The notes: a model not told the origin generated them from the letters alone. A DNA stretch of 64,000 nt from Oscillospiraceae bacterium (GCA_030625685.1 DAOUQJ010000004.1:7028-71027); one strand, 5' to 3'; shown: positions 1-10,966, counted from the first letter of the stretch. Program-made: numbers and translations.

Positions 1-435
1 TTGATCAAGTGCTTCTTCAGACCCACTAGACAATTTAAACGCACGCGCAAGAACAACAAAGACTTCCTCACGAGTAATATTATTATCTGGGTTCAGTTTG
101 TTATCACTTCCCATAAACGTCTTCATTTGTACCGCTTTTGCCATATCAGCATAATACCAAGCATGTTCTGGCACGTCAGTATAATCACTTAAATCTGCTT
201 TTTGTGTTGAGCCAAAAGCACGATTTAAAATCGTAGCCATTTCAGCTCTAGTAAGATTATTCTTTGGAAGTATTTTATCATTATCTCCGTTTAATAATCC
301 GTTTTCTATAGCACTTTCAAGTGCTGGGGTTGACCAGTCATTTGGCATATCAGTAAAATCTGATGCAAATGCTGATACAGTCATAATTGCCATTAATATT
401 AATAACGACAAATATAAAGGTATATATTTTTTCAT
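1..435 (-). CDS. SLH-domain surface protein, N-terminal part (gene continues past the window start)
   Basis: Not in the ORF track because there is no in-window stop. ATG at 435 sits behind AAGGGGA. Translation reads MKKYIPLYLSLLILMAIMTVSAFA (signal peptide), then FTDMPNDWSTPALESAIENGLL and ITREEVFVVLARAF, which are typical SLH repeats. Confidence 0.75.
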   Translation of the reverse strand, partial: MKKYIPLYLSLLILMAIMTVSAFASDFTDMPNDWSTPALESAIENGLLNGDNDKILPKNNLTRAEMATILNRAFGSTQKADLSDYTDVPEHAWYYADMAKAVQMKTFMGSDNKLNPDNNITREEVFVVLARAFKLSSGSEEALDQ

Positions 436-992
436 AAAACTAATTTCCCCTTAAATGTTATATTGTAGTAATATAACATAATTATTCTAAAAAGGAAATG
501 TTAATACAAAAAATTCTATAATTACACTGCAATGTTAAATTTAAAAGCTAAATTCTATAAAATGAGGAAAAAAACAGATGATTTTATTTGAAATATAAGC
601 TGTGAAACTATGTTGTAATGACTTGGAAAATTATTTAGCTCATTTCCTCACTTGCTTGTATAGTTACTTGAGAGACAATATCGCGATACTTCGTTTGTAA
701 CTCCACAAATAACAGTCGAGTATTATTACTATCTAATAGCCAAATATGGGGCAGGTACAGAAGAGCTTTCGAATCACATCGGTTAACTATCGTAGTACTA
801 TTCCCCTAGATTCTTCTCTATCTCTTTTACTTTGATAAGCTCATCTATGTGTTTATCTAAATAATATATATCTCATTAAATTTTTTCTTCAGTTTCATTG
901 TCTCGAACAGTAAAACAGTATTAAAATGCAATCTTATGAAAAAATTTTACTTTTTTGTTGCTAGATAAAATATTAACCATAAGTATTATAAA

Positions 993-1028
993 GAAAAGAA
1001 GGACTACCTATATGGTAGTCCTTCTTTT
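993..1028 (-). terminator. Intrinsic terminator downstream of the XRE gene
   Basis: Perfect 11-bp stem gaaggactacc/ggtagtccttc with A and T runs on the flanks. Confidence 0.6.
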
Positions 1029-1041
1029 CGAATACTAATAA

Positions 1042-1239
1042 TTATAAAAGTACAATCATTGAAGGTGTGATATTCAATGCCTTTGAAATTTTTATAATAT
1101 TTTCAAGTGATACGTTTCTCTTTCCTAATTCTATATCACTAATATACGTTCTTTGTAATCCACACAGTTCAGGAAATTTACTTTCTCTAATTTTAGAATT
1201 TTCTATCTGTGCAACATCTTTTTCCAAGTTTAACATCAT
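1042..1239 (-). CDS. Short XRE-family HTH protein
   Basis: LCGLQRTYISDIELGKRNVSLENIIKISKALNI matches the XRE helix-turn-helix pattern. Confidence 0.6.
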   Translation of the reverse strand: MMLNLEKDVAQIENSKIRESKFPELCGLQRTYISDIELGKRNVSLENIIKISKALNITPSMIVLL

Positions 1240-1277
1240 TTATGCTCATTCTATGAAGATCAAGCAGATAATAATTT

Positions 1278-1997
1278 CTATTTATACGCAACTGCTACTG
1301 TTGCAAAAGAATTTATGTTATACTCACTTTCATCAAATCCACCATAAATCTCAATATCTTTAAAGCCTGCTTCTACAAACATTTCCGTTAAGCTTTCACT
1401 TGTTAAAGGATAAAGTTTAACACAATTATTATATTCTTGATTATTCTCAACAATAAGCTTAGTTTTAAATAATATTTTTTCATCATTCAATTCATAATCA
1501 CGAATAAATTTCACACCGTGTTCAGGTCTATCAATTGTTGGAAGATTTTTAACGCCAAATTCTAGTATTCTATCATAATTGACGATTTGTATAATGACCT
1601 TTCCATTTTCGTTTAGTAAATCATAAATTTTCTTAATTATGTCTGCTATTTCCTTTGGATTATCTAAATGAACAATTGAATTACCTATACAAAATATCAG
1701 ATCAAAATTATTATCTTCAATCGTGTTTATATGTCTCATATCTAATGAATAAGCTTTAATATTATCTAACTTCTCTTCTCTGCTCTTATTTTTTATATGT
1801 CTTATCATCTCTTTATCTAAATCAGTAGCTACAACATGATATCCAAGCTTTCCCAAATCTATAGTATAATTACCTGTTCCTGCAGCCAAATCTAAAACAT
1901 TCTTTCCCTTTATTCTTTCCTTAATAAATTGTAGTTGGGCATCTCCCTTCGGAAATACAATATCATAATATTTACTAAGTTCATCATAAAACCCCAT
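1278..1997 (-). CDS. Class I SAM-dependent methyltransferase
   Basis: Motif I VLDLAAGTGNYT, followed by ATDLD and LIFCIGNS motifs. Confidence 0.8.
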   Translation of the reverse strand: MGFYDELSKYYDIVFPKGDAQLQFIKERIKGKNVLDLAAGTGNYTIDLGKLGYHVVATDLDKEMIRHIKNKSREEKLDNIKAYSLDMRHINTIEDNNFDLIFCIGNSIVHLDNPKEIADIIKKIYDLLNENGKVIIQIVNYDRILEFGVKNLPTIDRPEHGVKFIRDYELNDEKILFKTKLIVENNQEYNNCVKLYPLTSESLTEMFVEAGFKDIEIYGGFDESEYNINSFATVAVAYK

Positions 1998-2089
1998 ATT
2001 CTCACCGTTTCCTTCCTTGAATCAAATGATTTTCTCCTGTTCTCAGCACCATTACCATTTTTTCATAAATAGCCAATACTATGCATAAT

Positions 2090-2323
2090 TTATCTTGGCC
2101 ACTTTAAACCCCTTGGAAGACCAAGAACATAGTCAACAGAAACTCCAAACAACAAACAAAACTCCTTAAGCAAATCTATAGGCAACTTCCTTTTTCCACT
2201 CTCATAAAGCTGATATTGTTGTCGAGTTATATTAAGTGCAAAAGCAACTTGCTCTTGAGTATAATCCATATCCTCTCTGATCTGTTTCAGCATACCATTA
2301 TTGATAATATCTATATTAATCAC
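2090..2323 (-). CDS. XRE-family transcriptional regulator (cI-like)
   Basis: YTQEQVAFALNITRQQYQLYESGKRKLPIDLL is an HTH motif. The gene is divergent from the next one. Confidence 0.8.
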   Translation of the reverse strand: MINIDIINNGMLKQIREDMDYTQEQVAFALNITRQQYQLYESGKRKLPIDLLKEFCLLFGVSVDYVLGLPRGLKWPR

Positions 2324-2354
2324 CTTCTGTTGTTAATATGAAAATATTATCATG

Positions 2355-2368
2355 CATTCGAACGAATG
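2355..2368. promoter_or_regulatory. Candidate operator palindrome in the divergent XRE/Xis-like intergenic region
   Basis: Perfect palindrome CATTCG-AA-CGAATG, next to a TTGACA at 2371-2376. CATGCATTC is repeated at 2351 and 2375. Confidence 0.3.
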
Positions 2369-2433
2369 ACTTGACATGCATTCATTTGGATGCTTTGATT
2401 ATGTAAATTCTCGACCTGAAAGGAAGTCTACTA

Positions 2434-2664
2434 ATGAAAACTTGCTTATCTGCTAAAAAAGCTGCTCAGTACATAAAGAAACGAAACCCAAAAACTATGA
2501 TCGGTGAAAGAACAATTCATACTCTAGTTAAACAGGGATTCCCTTGTTTAAGGATCGACTCAAGAACACTAATCAATGCAGATACTTTTGAAGCAGACTT
2601 AGAAGAATTCGTAAAAAACAGCAGGAAAAAAATGAATCTAAACCTTCTGGAATTAAAAAAATAA
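2434..2664 (+). CDS. Small excisionase/AlpA-like HTH DNA-binding protein
   Basis: 76 aa. LSAKKAAQYIKK...TIHTLVKQGFPCLRI resembles the excisionase-family HTH. A terminator hairpin lies at about 2680-2722. Confidence 0.45.
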   Translation: MKTCLSAKKAAQYIKKRNPKTMIGERTIHTLVKQGFPCLRIDSRTLINADTFEADLEEFVKNSRKKMNLNLLELKK

Positions 2665-2796
2665 AGCTTTAAAATTATGAGAAATCCCCATGACTTAAGA
2701 TACATTTAGCATGGGGATTTTTCTTAAATTTTTTAAATATACTATTATTAAATTACCAGTAAATCAGGGTCTTTATAACATAAAAATTTCGTAGGT

Positions 2797-2829
2797 AGTT
2801 CCTCAATAGTTCCCCAAAAGTTCCCCATT
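2797..2829. repeat. Three tandem 11-bp repeats (AGTTCCtCAAt / AGTTCCCCAAa / AGTTCCCCAtt)
   Basis: Read directly from the sequence. The period is one helical turn, and the array is about 70 bp from the tRNA 3' end. Confidence 0.7.
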
Positions 2830-2849
2830 TTTGATATTTTCGGAAAACA

Positions 2850-2892
2850 AAAAGTCCGGAAACCCTTGTATATCAACGGTTTCCGGACTTTT
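2850..2892. terminator. Bidirectional terminator hairpin just 3' of tRNA-Leu
   Basis: Stem gtccggaaac/gtttccggac flanked by AAAA and TTTT. Confidence 0.6.
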
Positions 2893-2897
2893 CAGCT

Positions 2898-2981
2898 TGG
2901 TGCGAGTGATGGGACTTGAACCCATACGTCAGAGACACACGCCCCTCAAACGTGCCTGTCTACCAATTCCAGCACACTCGC
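2898..2981 (-). tRNA. tRNA-Leu (anticodon GAG), type II with a long variable arm and encoded CCA
   Basis: The reverse complement reads GCGAGTG...CACTCGC-A-CCA (7-bp acceptor stem). The anticodon arm is CACGT/TTGAGGG/GCGTG, and the T-arm is GGGTTCAAGTCCC. Confidence 0.9.
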
Positions 2982-3408
2982 ATACTCTATTTAATTGCCT
3001 ATCTATTATACTCTTTTTATTCACTTTTTGTCAACTGTTTTTTGCTTATTTCTCTTTACATACAAATTACACTCATGTATATCATAAATATTACAAGTAA
3101 TCCAACCAAAAAGAATCATCGTTTACTCAAACAAAATTTATTCTAACAATTGCGCTACGTCATTCCATTTTATCTACAATCAATTTCTTTCTCAGCATGC
3201 TCAAACACTTTATTTTCACTAAGTTTTTTCTCTATCATGCTAACATTCTTCCATCGAGTCAATATGTCATTCACATCAATCCTACAAATTACAGTTTTCT
3301 TTCTATGTTGCAACAATATTTAGTTATATATATTATTCCATTTATGTTGATTGTTCCCAATAACAATGATAAACTAAATAAAATAATTTTGAAGAAAGGA
3401 ATCGAATA

Positions 3409-4851
3409 ATGTTTGCAAGCAAATTTGATGCTCTCATGAATATAGCTGAAATTTCGAATAGCTTACTAAGTCGTGCTGTTAACATCAATAGCTCACACAT
3501 CGGAAGACTTCGCAATGGGACTAGACCACTTCCCAAAAAACACGACTTTCTTTCTCCAACATGCCAGTTTCTAGCAAAACATATTACAAAAGACTATCAG
3601 CTTAAAGCTTTGTCTCAGCTTACTGATTTTAATATCCCCTCCATTCCTTCATCAGATATTTTGGCAGAGTTTTTAGAAAATTGGCTTACCGATGAGCAAA
3701 GCAGCGACGCACGAGCAACTGGAATGTTCATATCGGCTTTTACCAATCAATCTTCTCCATCATCCATTACAATTCCAACTTCTAAAGAACAACAATTCTG
3801 TCTACAAAATTCTCCCTATTTCTTTGGTGAGACAGGAAAACAAAAAGCAGTGGAGCAGTTTTTTCACGCTATTCTCAAAGAGACTCAGCCTCAAACGCTA
3901 CTTCTATTTTCTGATGAAAATATGACCTGGCTTTATGAAAACCCAAACTTTTCTAGAGGATGGATCACACTATTTAATCAAGTTCTTTCACAGGGAAACC
4001 GAGTAAAAATTATTCACAGCATCAATCGAAATATGCCTGAGTTGTTTGAAGCTCTCATAAAATGGATTCCACTGTATTTGACTGGTGGGATTGAACCATA
4101 TTATTACCCATATTTGCGTGACGGATTGTTTCGACGCACCCTATTCATTGCCCCGCAAACCGCTGCCATTTGCACCAATTCAGTGCAACACAATACCAAT
4201 GACATGCTCAACTTATTCTTAACAGATATATCTGCCATCAAAGCCCTGACTACCGAATTTGAGCGCTACGAATCTTTGTGTAAACCTCTGGTGCGTATAT
4301 ATACGGAACAAAACAAAGAAGACTGCCTGACTACATTAACACAACTTGCACATGCAAAGGGAAATGTCATCATCACACATACCTTGCCCTTTATATTCTC
4401 CATGCCAGAATATTTGATTTCGAATATAGCCCTCACTTATGAGAGACCAGAATTATTGGATATTTGGCAAGAAAGTCTTCGTACCTTCGAAGAAAACATT
4501 GGGCATCATAGTGTGACCGAAATCATTCTCACACGTTCTGAAATGTTACGCAATTTAAAAACGCAAAAGCCAGCTATTTCAGAAATCTTGTTACCAAAAG
4601 AGTTCACCTATACTAGGAAACAATATCTTGCACATCTAAGTCATTTACATCAATTAGAACGGAAGCATGAAAATTTTAAAGTAATTCGAAAAAAGCAACT
4701 GCAAAATGATACCTTCCTCTATGTCAAAGAAAATGCTGGTGCCATCATATCTAAATCGGATGCACCCACTTTTCTCTTTACGGAACAAAATATTGTGAAT
4801 GCCTTTTGGGATTATTCTCAAAAAGAATTAGATCAAAGATTCTCATTTTAA
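3409..4851 (+). CDS. Hypothetical protein with an N-terminal HTH
   Basis: 480 aa. The N-terminus ISNSLLSRAVNINSSHIGRLRNG looks like an XRE-type HTH. I do not recognise the rest. Confidence 0.5.
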   Translation: MFASKFDALMNIAEISNSLLSRAVNINSSHIGRLRNGTRPLPKKHDFLSPTCQFLAKHITKDYQLKALSQLTDFNIPSIPSSDILAEFLENWLTDEQSSDARATGMFISAFTNQSSPSSITIPTSKEQQFCLQNSPYFFGETGKQKAVEQFFHAILKETQPQTLLLFSDENMTWLYENPNFSRGWITLFNQVLSQGNRVKIIHSINRNMPELFEALIKWIPLYLTGGIEPYYYPYLRDGLFRRTLFIAPQTAAICTNSVQHNTNDMLNLFLTDISAIKALTTEFERYESLCKPLVRIYTEQNKEDCLTTLTQLAHAKGNVIITHTLPFIFSMPEYLISNIALTYERPELLDIWQESLRTFEENIGHHSVTEIILTRSEMLRNLKTQKPAISEILLPKEFTYTRKQYLAHLSHLHQLERKHENFKVIRKKQLQNDTFLYVKENAGAIISKSDAPTFLFTEQNIVNAFWDYSQKELDQRFSF

Positions 4852-4912
4852 CCTCTGTTTTCTATTCATACTAGCATGTTATGTTTCAGCAAATATGACT
4901 CGAAAGTTTAAG

Positions 4913-4954
4913 AAAGCTCTGTCTCTCTTCTAGTATAAAAGAGACAGAGCTTTT
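4913..4954 (+). terminator. Intrinsic terminator
   Basis: Stem gctctgtctct/agagacagagc followed by TTTT. Confidence 0.65.
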
Positions 4955-5127
4955 ACGCATCTTAGAAAACCAATTCTTCCATTCATGCATCTCAAAACCT
5001 ATCAGAGCCGCAACAACAAAAAGAAAGTAACTATATCCCTCGCTTTTTGTTTATGGTTTTATTCATTATATTGAATTAATAATTGCATTTATATTGTGGA
5101 GTTTTACTACTGTGTAAAACTGACACA

Positions 5128-6051
5128 TCATCTAATTGATTCTGGATAAACACCATTTTGATGTAATTGCGCCAGCGAATTTACCACGTTTTCTCTATCT
5201 TCCTGATACGTGACCCCGATCCATTTTGCTTCACTTTTTAGTACTGAAACACTGAGCTCTCCCGTTTTCATCAGCGCATCTACCAAAGAGGGCAATAGGC
5301 ATTCCGCTTTGAGTTCATTTTCAGATAAGCTATGCAAAAATGAATCAAAATAAGCCGACATTTCCTCAAAAATCCAAGGAGTAAAGCCCCAAAAATTCAT
5401 AGAAACAAGCGCACTTGGGTCCAGTGGTTTTTCAACATTGGGGTCTTCTGCATCTACAATTTCACCATTTTCTTTCAGTTTAATCTGGTAAGTTTCATTG
5501 ATTCCATTGAGTTTACCTTCTTCACTCATGCATAAGCCTCTTGTTACAGTACCATTTTCACTGACTGTATTTTTAAGCTCATATCCAACCATTGTAGCTT
5601 CGCCAGTTTCTGCGAGTCTATTGAGTTCTTCATATATCGTTTGATACGCTTCTCTTCCATAATAATCATCCGCATTGATGAGTGCAAACGGATTGGTTAC
5701 GATATCTTTTGCACATAGTGTTGCATGCACTGTTCCAAACGGTTTTACGCGATCTGCTGGCACCTCATACCACTCTGGAACACAAGCAAAATCTTGAAAT
5801 ACATAACTTACTTCAACTGTATTTCCACTTTTAGCTTTCATACGAGAAATGCGATCTCCACATATGCTTTTCACGCGTTCCAGCATATCTGGTTTAATAA
5901 TAAATACAATTTGTTCAAACCCAGCCTTAACAGCATCATAAATGGAATATTCCATGATAATTTCACCATTGGGGCCCACGCCATCCGTCTGTTTTTCTCC
6001 ACCATATCTTGAGCCCATACCTGCTGCCATAATCACTAAAGTTGCTTTCAT
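5128..6051 (-). CDS. Sugar-phosphate nucleotidyltransferase family protein
   Basis: MAAGMGSRYGGEKQ is the G-rich NTP-transferase motif. I place the start at the internal ATG 6051 (MKATLVIM) behind GGGGGA, not at the ORF-track start 6090. Confidence 0.7.
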   Translation of the reverse strand: MKATLVIMAAGMGSRYGGEKQTDGVGPNGEIIMEYSIYDAVKAGFEQIVFIIKPDMLERVKSICGDRISRMKAKSGNTVEVSYVFQDFACVPEWYEVPADRVKPFGTVHATLCAKDIVTNPFALINADDYYGREAYQTIYEELNRLAETGEATMVGYELKNTVSENGTVTRGLCMSEEGKLNGINETYQIKLKENGEIVDAEDPNVEKPLDPSALVSMNFWGFTPWIFEEMSAYFDSFLHSLSENELKAECLLPSLVDALMKTGELSVSVLKSEAKWIGVTYQEDRENVVNSLAQLHQNGVYPESIR

Positions 6052-6186
6052 GTATTCTATTCCCCCACTTCCTTTTTTTGTATTATACACTATTTCTAAA
6101 TATGTTTCTATCTAAAATGACTTTATATTTATTTTTTTCCAACATTATGGTATGATATGAAAAATATTTACCTTCAGGGAGGCTCT

Positions 6187-6750
6187 ATGAAGAAGCTTCA
6201 GTATAACGCGCCTGTCATTTTGACCTTTGTCATTATTTCAGGTATTGCTCTCTTGTTGGGTGACCTCACAAACGGCACAACCACCACGAAACTCTTTTCG
6301 GTGTATCGCTCATCTCTTGAAGACCCCTATACTTATGTGCGCATCTTCACACATGTGTTAGGGCATTCAAGCGTTTCTCACTATACAAGCAATATGATGA
6401 TGATTCTTATTATAGGACCCATTGTTGAAGAACGCTATGGCAACAAACATCTAATGGTGCTTATCAGTATCACCGCACTTGTGACAGGTGTTGTGCATTG
6501 CATCTTCTCTTCTGGAACTATCCTACTCGGCTCTAGTGGTATTGTCTTTATGTTGATTTTCCTCGCCTCACTGTCTGGAATGAAGCGAAACAAAATACCA
6601 CTCACACTGATTTTACTCATCATCATTTATTTTGGAAAAGAAATCTACAGTGGCATCGTTCTTTCAGACAACATTTCGCAAATGACACATATGGTCGGAG
6701 GCGGTTGTGGAATCTTTCTCGGTCTTTTCCTTCGGACGCAAAAACGATAA
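6187..6750 (+). CDS. Rhomboid-family intramembrane serine protease
   Basis: Multi-TM protein with GSSGIVF (GxSG) and a distal HMVGGGCG histidine. The start at MKKLQ follows AGGGAGG. Confidence 0.75.
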   Translation: MKKLQYNAPVILTFVIISGIALLLGDLTNGTTTTKLFSVYRSSLEDPYTYVRIFTHVLGHSSVSHYTSNMMMILIIGPIVEERYGNKHLMVLISITALVTGVVHCIFSSGTILLGSSGIVFMLIFLASLSGMKRNKIPLTLILLIIIYFGKEIYSGIVLSDNISQMTHMVGGGCGIFLGLFLRTQKR

Positions 6751-6796
6751 TCAAAATATAAAGCACAGCTTCCTAGGAAGCTGTGCTTTTTTTGTG

Positions 6797-8503
6797 TTAA
6801 ATATTTGCTTCTTTTGCAATCGCATTGAGTAATATCTCTGCCTTTTGTGCCACTTCTGCAAGCGCACCTTTTTCAAACGGAGACATGAGTCCCGCTTCTT
6901 TTACAAGCTGAGTAAAGGTCTTTTCGCCACCTTGAGAAAGTAGCTGAACATAGCGACGAAACGCATCATCATAGTCTTCTTGCATACAAAGCAAAAACTG
7001 CAACGCTGTCACCTGTGCAAGGCAATAATCAATATAATAAAACGGTGTTTCATAAATATGCATTTGATATTGCCAACGTGTGCCATCTTCCAAATAGGGA
7101 ATTCCTGTAATGTCCAAAAATGGTCTAAAGTCTGCTTCAAGTTTCTTCCAAGCATCTTTTCTCTCTTTGGGTGTGAGGTTTGGGTTTTCGTAAACTTGTC
7201 GTTGGAATTCATCCACAATCGTGCCGTATGGCAAAAATGATAAGGCACTGAGTAAATGCATAAATTGATATTTTTTTGCTTGATCGCCAAAGAACAACTC
7301 CATATACTTCCAGGCAAAAAACTCCATACTCATCGAATGGGTTTCGGCAGTTTCCATACCGCCTACATCTAGCTCAATCGAAAAACGATTGTCAGCCGTC
7401 ATATAAGAAGCAAACGCATGCCCCGCTTCATGTGTCACCACATCCACGTCATCCGAAGTGCCATTGAAATTGGCTAGAATAAAGGGCTGTTTATACTCTG
7501 CAAACTCTGTGCAGTAACCTCCACCCCATTTATTTTTCCGCGACTCTACATCAAATGCTTCTGTTTCCAGCATAAAATCGAAAAAGCGCTTTGTATCTTC
7601 CCCCATATCAGCATACATGCTTTTTGCCGCTTTGAAAATATCCTCTTTTCCACCAAGTGGTTTTGGGTCACCACCTGCGATGATGATGTCATTGTCGTAA
7701 AGCTTCATAGAGTCCAATCCCAAACGAGCAGCGTTCTGGGTACGAAGACGGCTCACCATTGGTACAATATCGGATTTGATATTGTCGCGGAATGTGAGAA
7801 GCTCTGTTCTGCCATAACCGAGACGACCCATGCGGTAGTCTCCCATTTCGACGAAATTTTGATACCCCATTTTCTTTGCCATGCGGTCACGAACTGCAAC
7901 CAAACGGTCAAAGATATCATCTAGCATATCTTCATACTGTTTTAGCGTGTTCCCCAAAACTTCATAGGCTTCTTTTCTCGTTTCTCTGTCCTCATCTTTT
8001 GCATATTTCATAAGCATAGGACGAGGGAGCATCTCCCCTCGGAAGGGAAACTCCAAACTTGCCATGAGTTTAGAATACTCACTCACGATTTTGTTTTCTT
8101 CCACCATGTCTTCAATAATGTCAGCAGACATGGACTTCATTTCCACCTCAAAGGCATCAAATACAAGAGGAATAATTTCCCCTGAACGCTCTAACTCTCC
8201 TCTAAATGGAGTTTTTAGCATTGCCTTTGCATACTCAAGTAAATAGTTTTGCACAAGTGGCCCAATTTCATCATAATAGTCTTTTTCTGCAAGGTAAAAT
8301 TCATCCACAGTATTGATGCTATAGCGCATATAGGAAAGCGCTCTTGCTGTCTGATACTCCTTCACAAGTGCCACATAGCCATCTCTCGCCTGAGACACAT
8401 CCATTGCTGATGTTGCGCTTTGAATGGATTCAATGACAGCCTTTGCTTTGCTGCTAAAATCCTCTATGGTCACTCGTTTATATGGTAAGTCAGTTACTTT
8501 CAT
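6797..8503 (-). CDS. M3-family oligoendopeptidase (PepF-like)
   Basis: HEAGHAF zinc motif, and the 568-aa length is typical of M3B peptidases. Confidence 0.85.
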   Translation of the reverse strand: MKVTDLPYKRVTIEDFSSKAKAVIESIQSATSAMDVSQARDGYVALVKEYQTARALSYMRYSINTVDEFYLAEKDYYDEIGPLVQNYLLEYAKAMLKTPFRGELERSGEIIPLVFDAFEVEMKSMSADIIEDMVEENKIVSEYSKLMASLEFPFRGEMLPRPMLMKYAKDEDRETRKEAYEVLGNTLKQYEDMLDDIFDRLVAVRDRMAKKMGYQNFVEMGDYRMGRLGYGRTELLTFRDNIKSDIVPMVSRLRTQNAARLGLDSMKLYDNDIIIAGGDPKPLGGKEDIFKAAKSMYADMGEDTKRFFDFMLETEAFDVESRKNKWGGGYCTEFAEYKQPFILANFNGTSDDVDVVTHEAGHAFASYMTADNRFSIELDVGGMETAETHSMSMEFFAWKYMELFFGDQAKKYQFMHLLSALSFLPYGTIVDEFQRQVYENPNLTPKERKDAWKKLEADFRPFLDITGIPYLEDGTRWQYQMHIYETPFYYIDYCLAQVTALQFLLCMQEDYDDAFRRYVQLLSQGGEKTFTQLVKEAGLMSPFEKGALAEVAQKAEILLNAIAKEANI

Positions 8504-8521
8504 ATAAGTTCCTTTCTGGTT

Positions 8522-9019
8522 TTATCGATTATCCACACGCTCTGGATACATATCATGCGTGGTGAGTCTATTCCATGCCACGTCTTCCCATTTGGTAGAA
8601 GGTTCACCGTAATTGCAATATGGGTCAATGGATATCCCACCTCTGGGTGTGAATTTCCCCCACACTTCAATGTATTTTGGTTTCATGATTTTGACAAGGT
8701 CTTTCATAATAATATTCATACAATCCTCATGAAAATCACCATGATTGCGAAAAGAAAACAAATATAGTTTTAAACTCTTGCTTTCGACCATTTTTTCATT
8801 GGGCACGTATGAAATATAAATGGTTGCAAAATCTGGCTGACCAGTCATTGGACAAAGGGATGTAAATTCTGGACAGTTGAATTTGACAAAGTAATCATTT
8901 TCTGGATGTTTGTTATCAAAGGTTTCAAGCACCTCTGGTGCATAATCGCTTGGATATTTTGTATTTTGATTGCCCAGCAAGCTAATATCTTGCAGTTCAT
9001 GGGCTCCTCTTCCACTCAT
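8522..9019 (-). CDS. queF: NADPH-dependent 7-cyano-7-deazaguanine (preQ0) reductase
   Basis: [23 protein letters not shown] is the QueF signature. It is the last gene of the que operon. Confidence 0.9.
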   Translation of the reverse strand: MSGRGAHELQDISLLGNQNTKYPSDYAPEVLETFDNKHPENDYFVKFNCPEFTSLCPMTGQPDFATIYISYVPNEKMVESKSLKLYLFSFRNHGDFHEDCMNIIMKDLVKIMKPKYIEVWGKFTPRGGISIDPYCNYGEPSTKWEDVAWNRLTTHDMYPERVDNR

Positions 9020-9705
9020 TGTTCTTTCTCCTTTATCAAAGGGTCAACGACACCATTTTCTCTAAACCCACGCTCGCGGTCTACACAAGTTGCACAAAGG
9101 TGACAAGGCTCGTCGCCTCCCTCATAACAAGACCATGTAAGTTCATATGGTGCAGCTAGCTCTAACCCTGTTTTTACAATATCAGCCTTATTCCAATGGA
9201 CAAACGGTGCTTCTAACTGAAGCGCTCCTCCTGTTCCTTGAGCAATTGACGCTTTCATGGCTTCCACAAATTCAGGCGAGCAGTCAGGATAGGCACTGCC
9301 TGCCCAATCATCATGATGCGCGCCATAGTAAACGTGTGTGCAATCATTCGACAATCCCACACTTGCGGCGACAGATAAGAAAAGCCCATTGCGAAATGGC
9401 ACATAGGTGGAAATCAGCTTGTCCTCCTGCATTTTTTGTCTATCATAACTTCCAGTTGGAATCTCTTTCTCAGAATGAGATAGTAAAGCACTGTCACTAT
9501 TGCGGAATATTTCCGCTAAGTCAATGCTTTGCAGTTCCACGCCATAATAATCGGCAACTGCCTTTGCTGCTTCCACTTCCTTTGTGTGCTTTTGTCCATA
9601 TGATATGGACAGTGCCACCACATTTTCTTTGCCATATTTTTCGATGACCACGGCAAGCAATGTTGTAGAATCCAGTCCACCACTAAATAGTATCAGTGCT
9701 TTCAT
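9016..9705 (-). CDS. queC: 7-cyano-7-deazaguanine synthase
   Basis: [12 protein letters not shown]-loop and a C-terminal CxxCxxC zinc motif ([10 protein letters not shown]). Confidence 0.9.
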   Translation of the reverse strand: MKALILFSGGLDSTTLLAVVIEKYGKENVVALSISYGQKHTKEVEAAKAVADYYGVELQSIDLAEIFRNSDSALLSHSEKEIPTGSYDRQKMQEDKLISTYVPFRNGLFLSVAASVGLSNDCTHVYYGAHHDDWAGSAYPDCSPEFVEAMKASIAQGTGGALQLEAPFVHWNKADIVKTGLELAAPYELTWSCYEGGDEPCHLCATCVDRERGFRENGVVDPLIKEKEQ

Positions 9706-9719
9706 ATGATAACCCTTTC

Positions 9720-10289
9720 CTAGCGCATTTTCTTATATAAGTCGTCATTAAACTCAAACACACCGCGATAGGTCGTGCTGAATGTTTTTGCATTCGTCTT
9801 CTGAATGCCACGCGCTGTCATGCAACTGTGATATGCTTCAATTTCGACTGCAATATCTTCAGAGCCAGTGACTTTGGTCATGATATCTGCAATATCAGCG
9901 CCTAACTTTTCTTGTAGTTGCAAACGTCTAGATGCCATGTCTACTATGCGTGCAATCTTTGACAGACCAATGAGACGCCCATTTGGTATATAAGACACAC
10001 TGACTTTCATGTCATACATGAGCGCCAAATGATGTTCACAATAACTGAACACTTGAATATCCTTGACTTGAATCATATCTTTGCTCGTTGAAGGAATATC
10101 TTCATCAAAGGTTTTATCAAACATCGTTGCAATTTCATCGTTTGTATAGTTCATACCCTCAAAAATTTCTGCATACATGCGCGCAACTCTATCTGGGGTT
10201 TCTTTAATGCCCTCTCTATTGGGATCATCGCCCAGTGCAATCAAAATTCCCTGCACATGCTCTTTGATTTTCTCTATATCTATCGCCAT
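9720..10289 (-). CDS. folE: GTP cyclohydrolase I
   Basis: FSYCEHHL and HSCMTARG motifs. The gene is embedded in the que operon. Confidence 0.9.
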   Translation of the reverse strand: MAIDIEKIKEHVQGILIALGDDPNREGIKETPDRVARMYAEIFEGMNYTNDEIATMFDKTFDEDIPSTSKDMIQVKDIQVFSYCEHHLALMYDMKVSVSYIPNGRLIGLSKIARIVDMASRRLQLQEKLGADIADIMTKVTGSEDIAVEIEAYHSCMTARGIQKTNAKTFSTTYRGVFEFNDDLYKKMR

Positions 10290-10291
10290 AA

Positions 10292-10966
10292 TTAAACTCC
10301 TTTATCTATCGTAGGCCAAATCATTTTATGTAACTGTAGTTGCACTCTCACCTGAGGATATGTCCTCAAATGCTCTTTCACAAAGTCAACGATAGTCGCT
10401 GGCTCAATTTCACCAAAAACAGGGCTCAAGTACACTGGCACATCTTTTGAGACTACATCGCCTCTCATGAGCTCCTTCACTCGCATGAGATCCTGCACAG
10501 ATCCACAGACAAATTTGAGCGTATCTGTTTGACGCACTGCACATAAATTCTCTACATGCATGGCTATTTCCATGCCACTGCTGGGCAATTTATAATCCGT
10601 AGTAAATTGTACTTGAGGACACAACGCTTGAAATGGCGCAATCGGAACACTCCCATTGGTCTCCACTTCAACAATCACACCCACTTCTTCACTCAACGCT
10701 GAGAGCAAAACATGAATGTTTTCTTGCAACAATGGTTCTCCACCTGTGACGGTAACATACTGCACTCCTTCTGCTTTCACTAAAGAGCAAATCTCCTGCA
10801 CTGTGAGCCATTCCACGTTACAATTGTCTTCGTTTGCCCACATGGTGTCACAATATGAACAGCGCAAGTTGCATCCTCGCATGCGAAGAAACATCGCAAG
10901 TTTCCCTGCATGTTGTCCTTCTCCATTGATACTAATAAAATACTCTGCTATGGGAAACTGTTGCAT
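10292..10966 (-). CDS. queE: 7-carboxy-7-deazaguanine synthase (radical SAM)
   Basis: [16 protein letters not shown] is a CxxxCxxC-type cluster. Operon context supports the call. Confidence 0.9.
   Translation of the reverse strand: MQQFPIAEYFISINGEGQHAGKLAMFLRMRGCNLRCSYCDTMWANEDNCNVEWLTVQEICSLVKAEGVQYVTVTGGEPLLQENIHVLLSALSEEVGVIVEVETNGSVPIAPFQALCPQVQFTTDYKLPSSGMEIAMHVENLCAVRQTDTLKFVCGSVQDLMRVKELMRGDVVSKDVPVYLSPVFGEIEPATIVDFVKEHLRTYPQVRVQLQLHKMIWPTIDKGV

Larger units (their letters stand above)
436..2850. mobile_element. AT-rich islet next to tRNA-Leu, possibly a remnant of an integrated element (no integrase in the window)
   Basis: It lies immediately 3' of tRNA-Leu. It holds two XRE repressors, a divergent Xis-like HTH gene and a methyltransferase. 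It is visibly more AT-rich than its flanks, with about 600 bp of non-coding DNA at 436-1040. Confidence 0.3.

Noticed and set aside
2831-3146. Two plus-strand ORFs (89 and 76 aa)
   Set aside because: They overlap the tRNA-Leu gene and low-complexity AT-rich DNA, and they have no SD.
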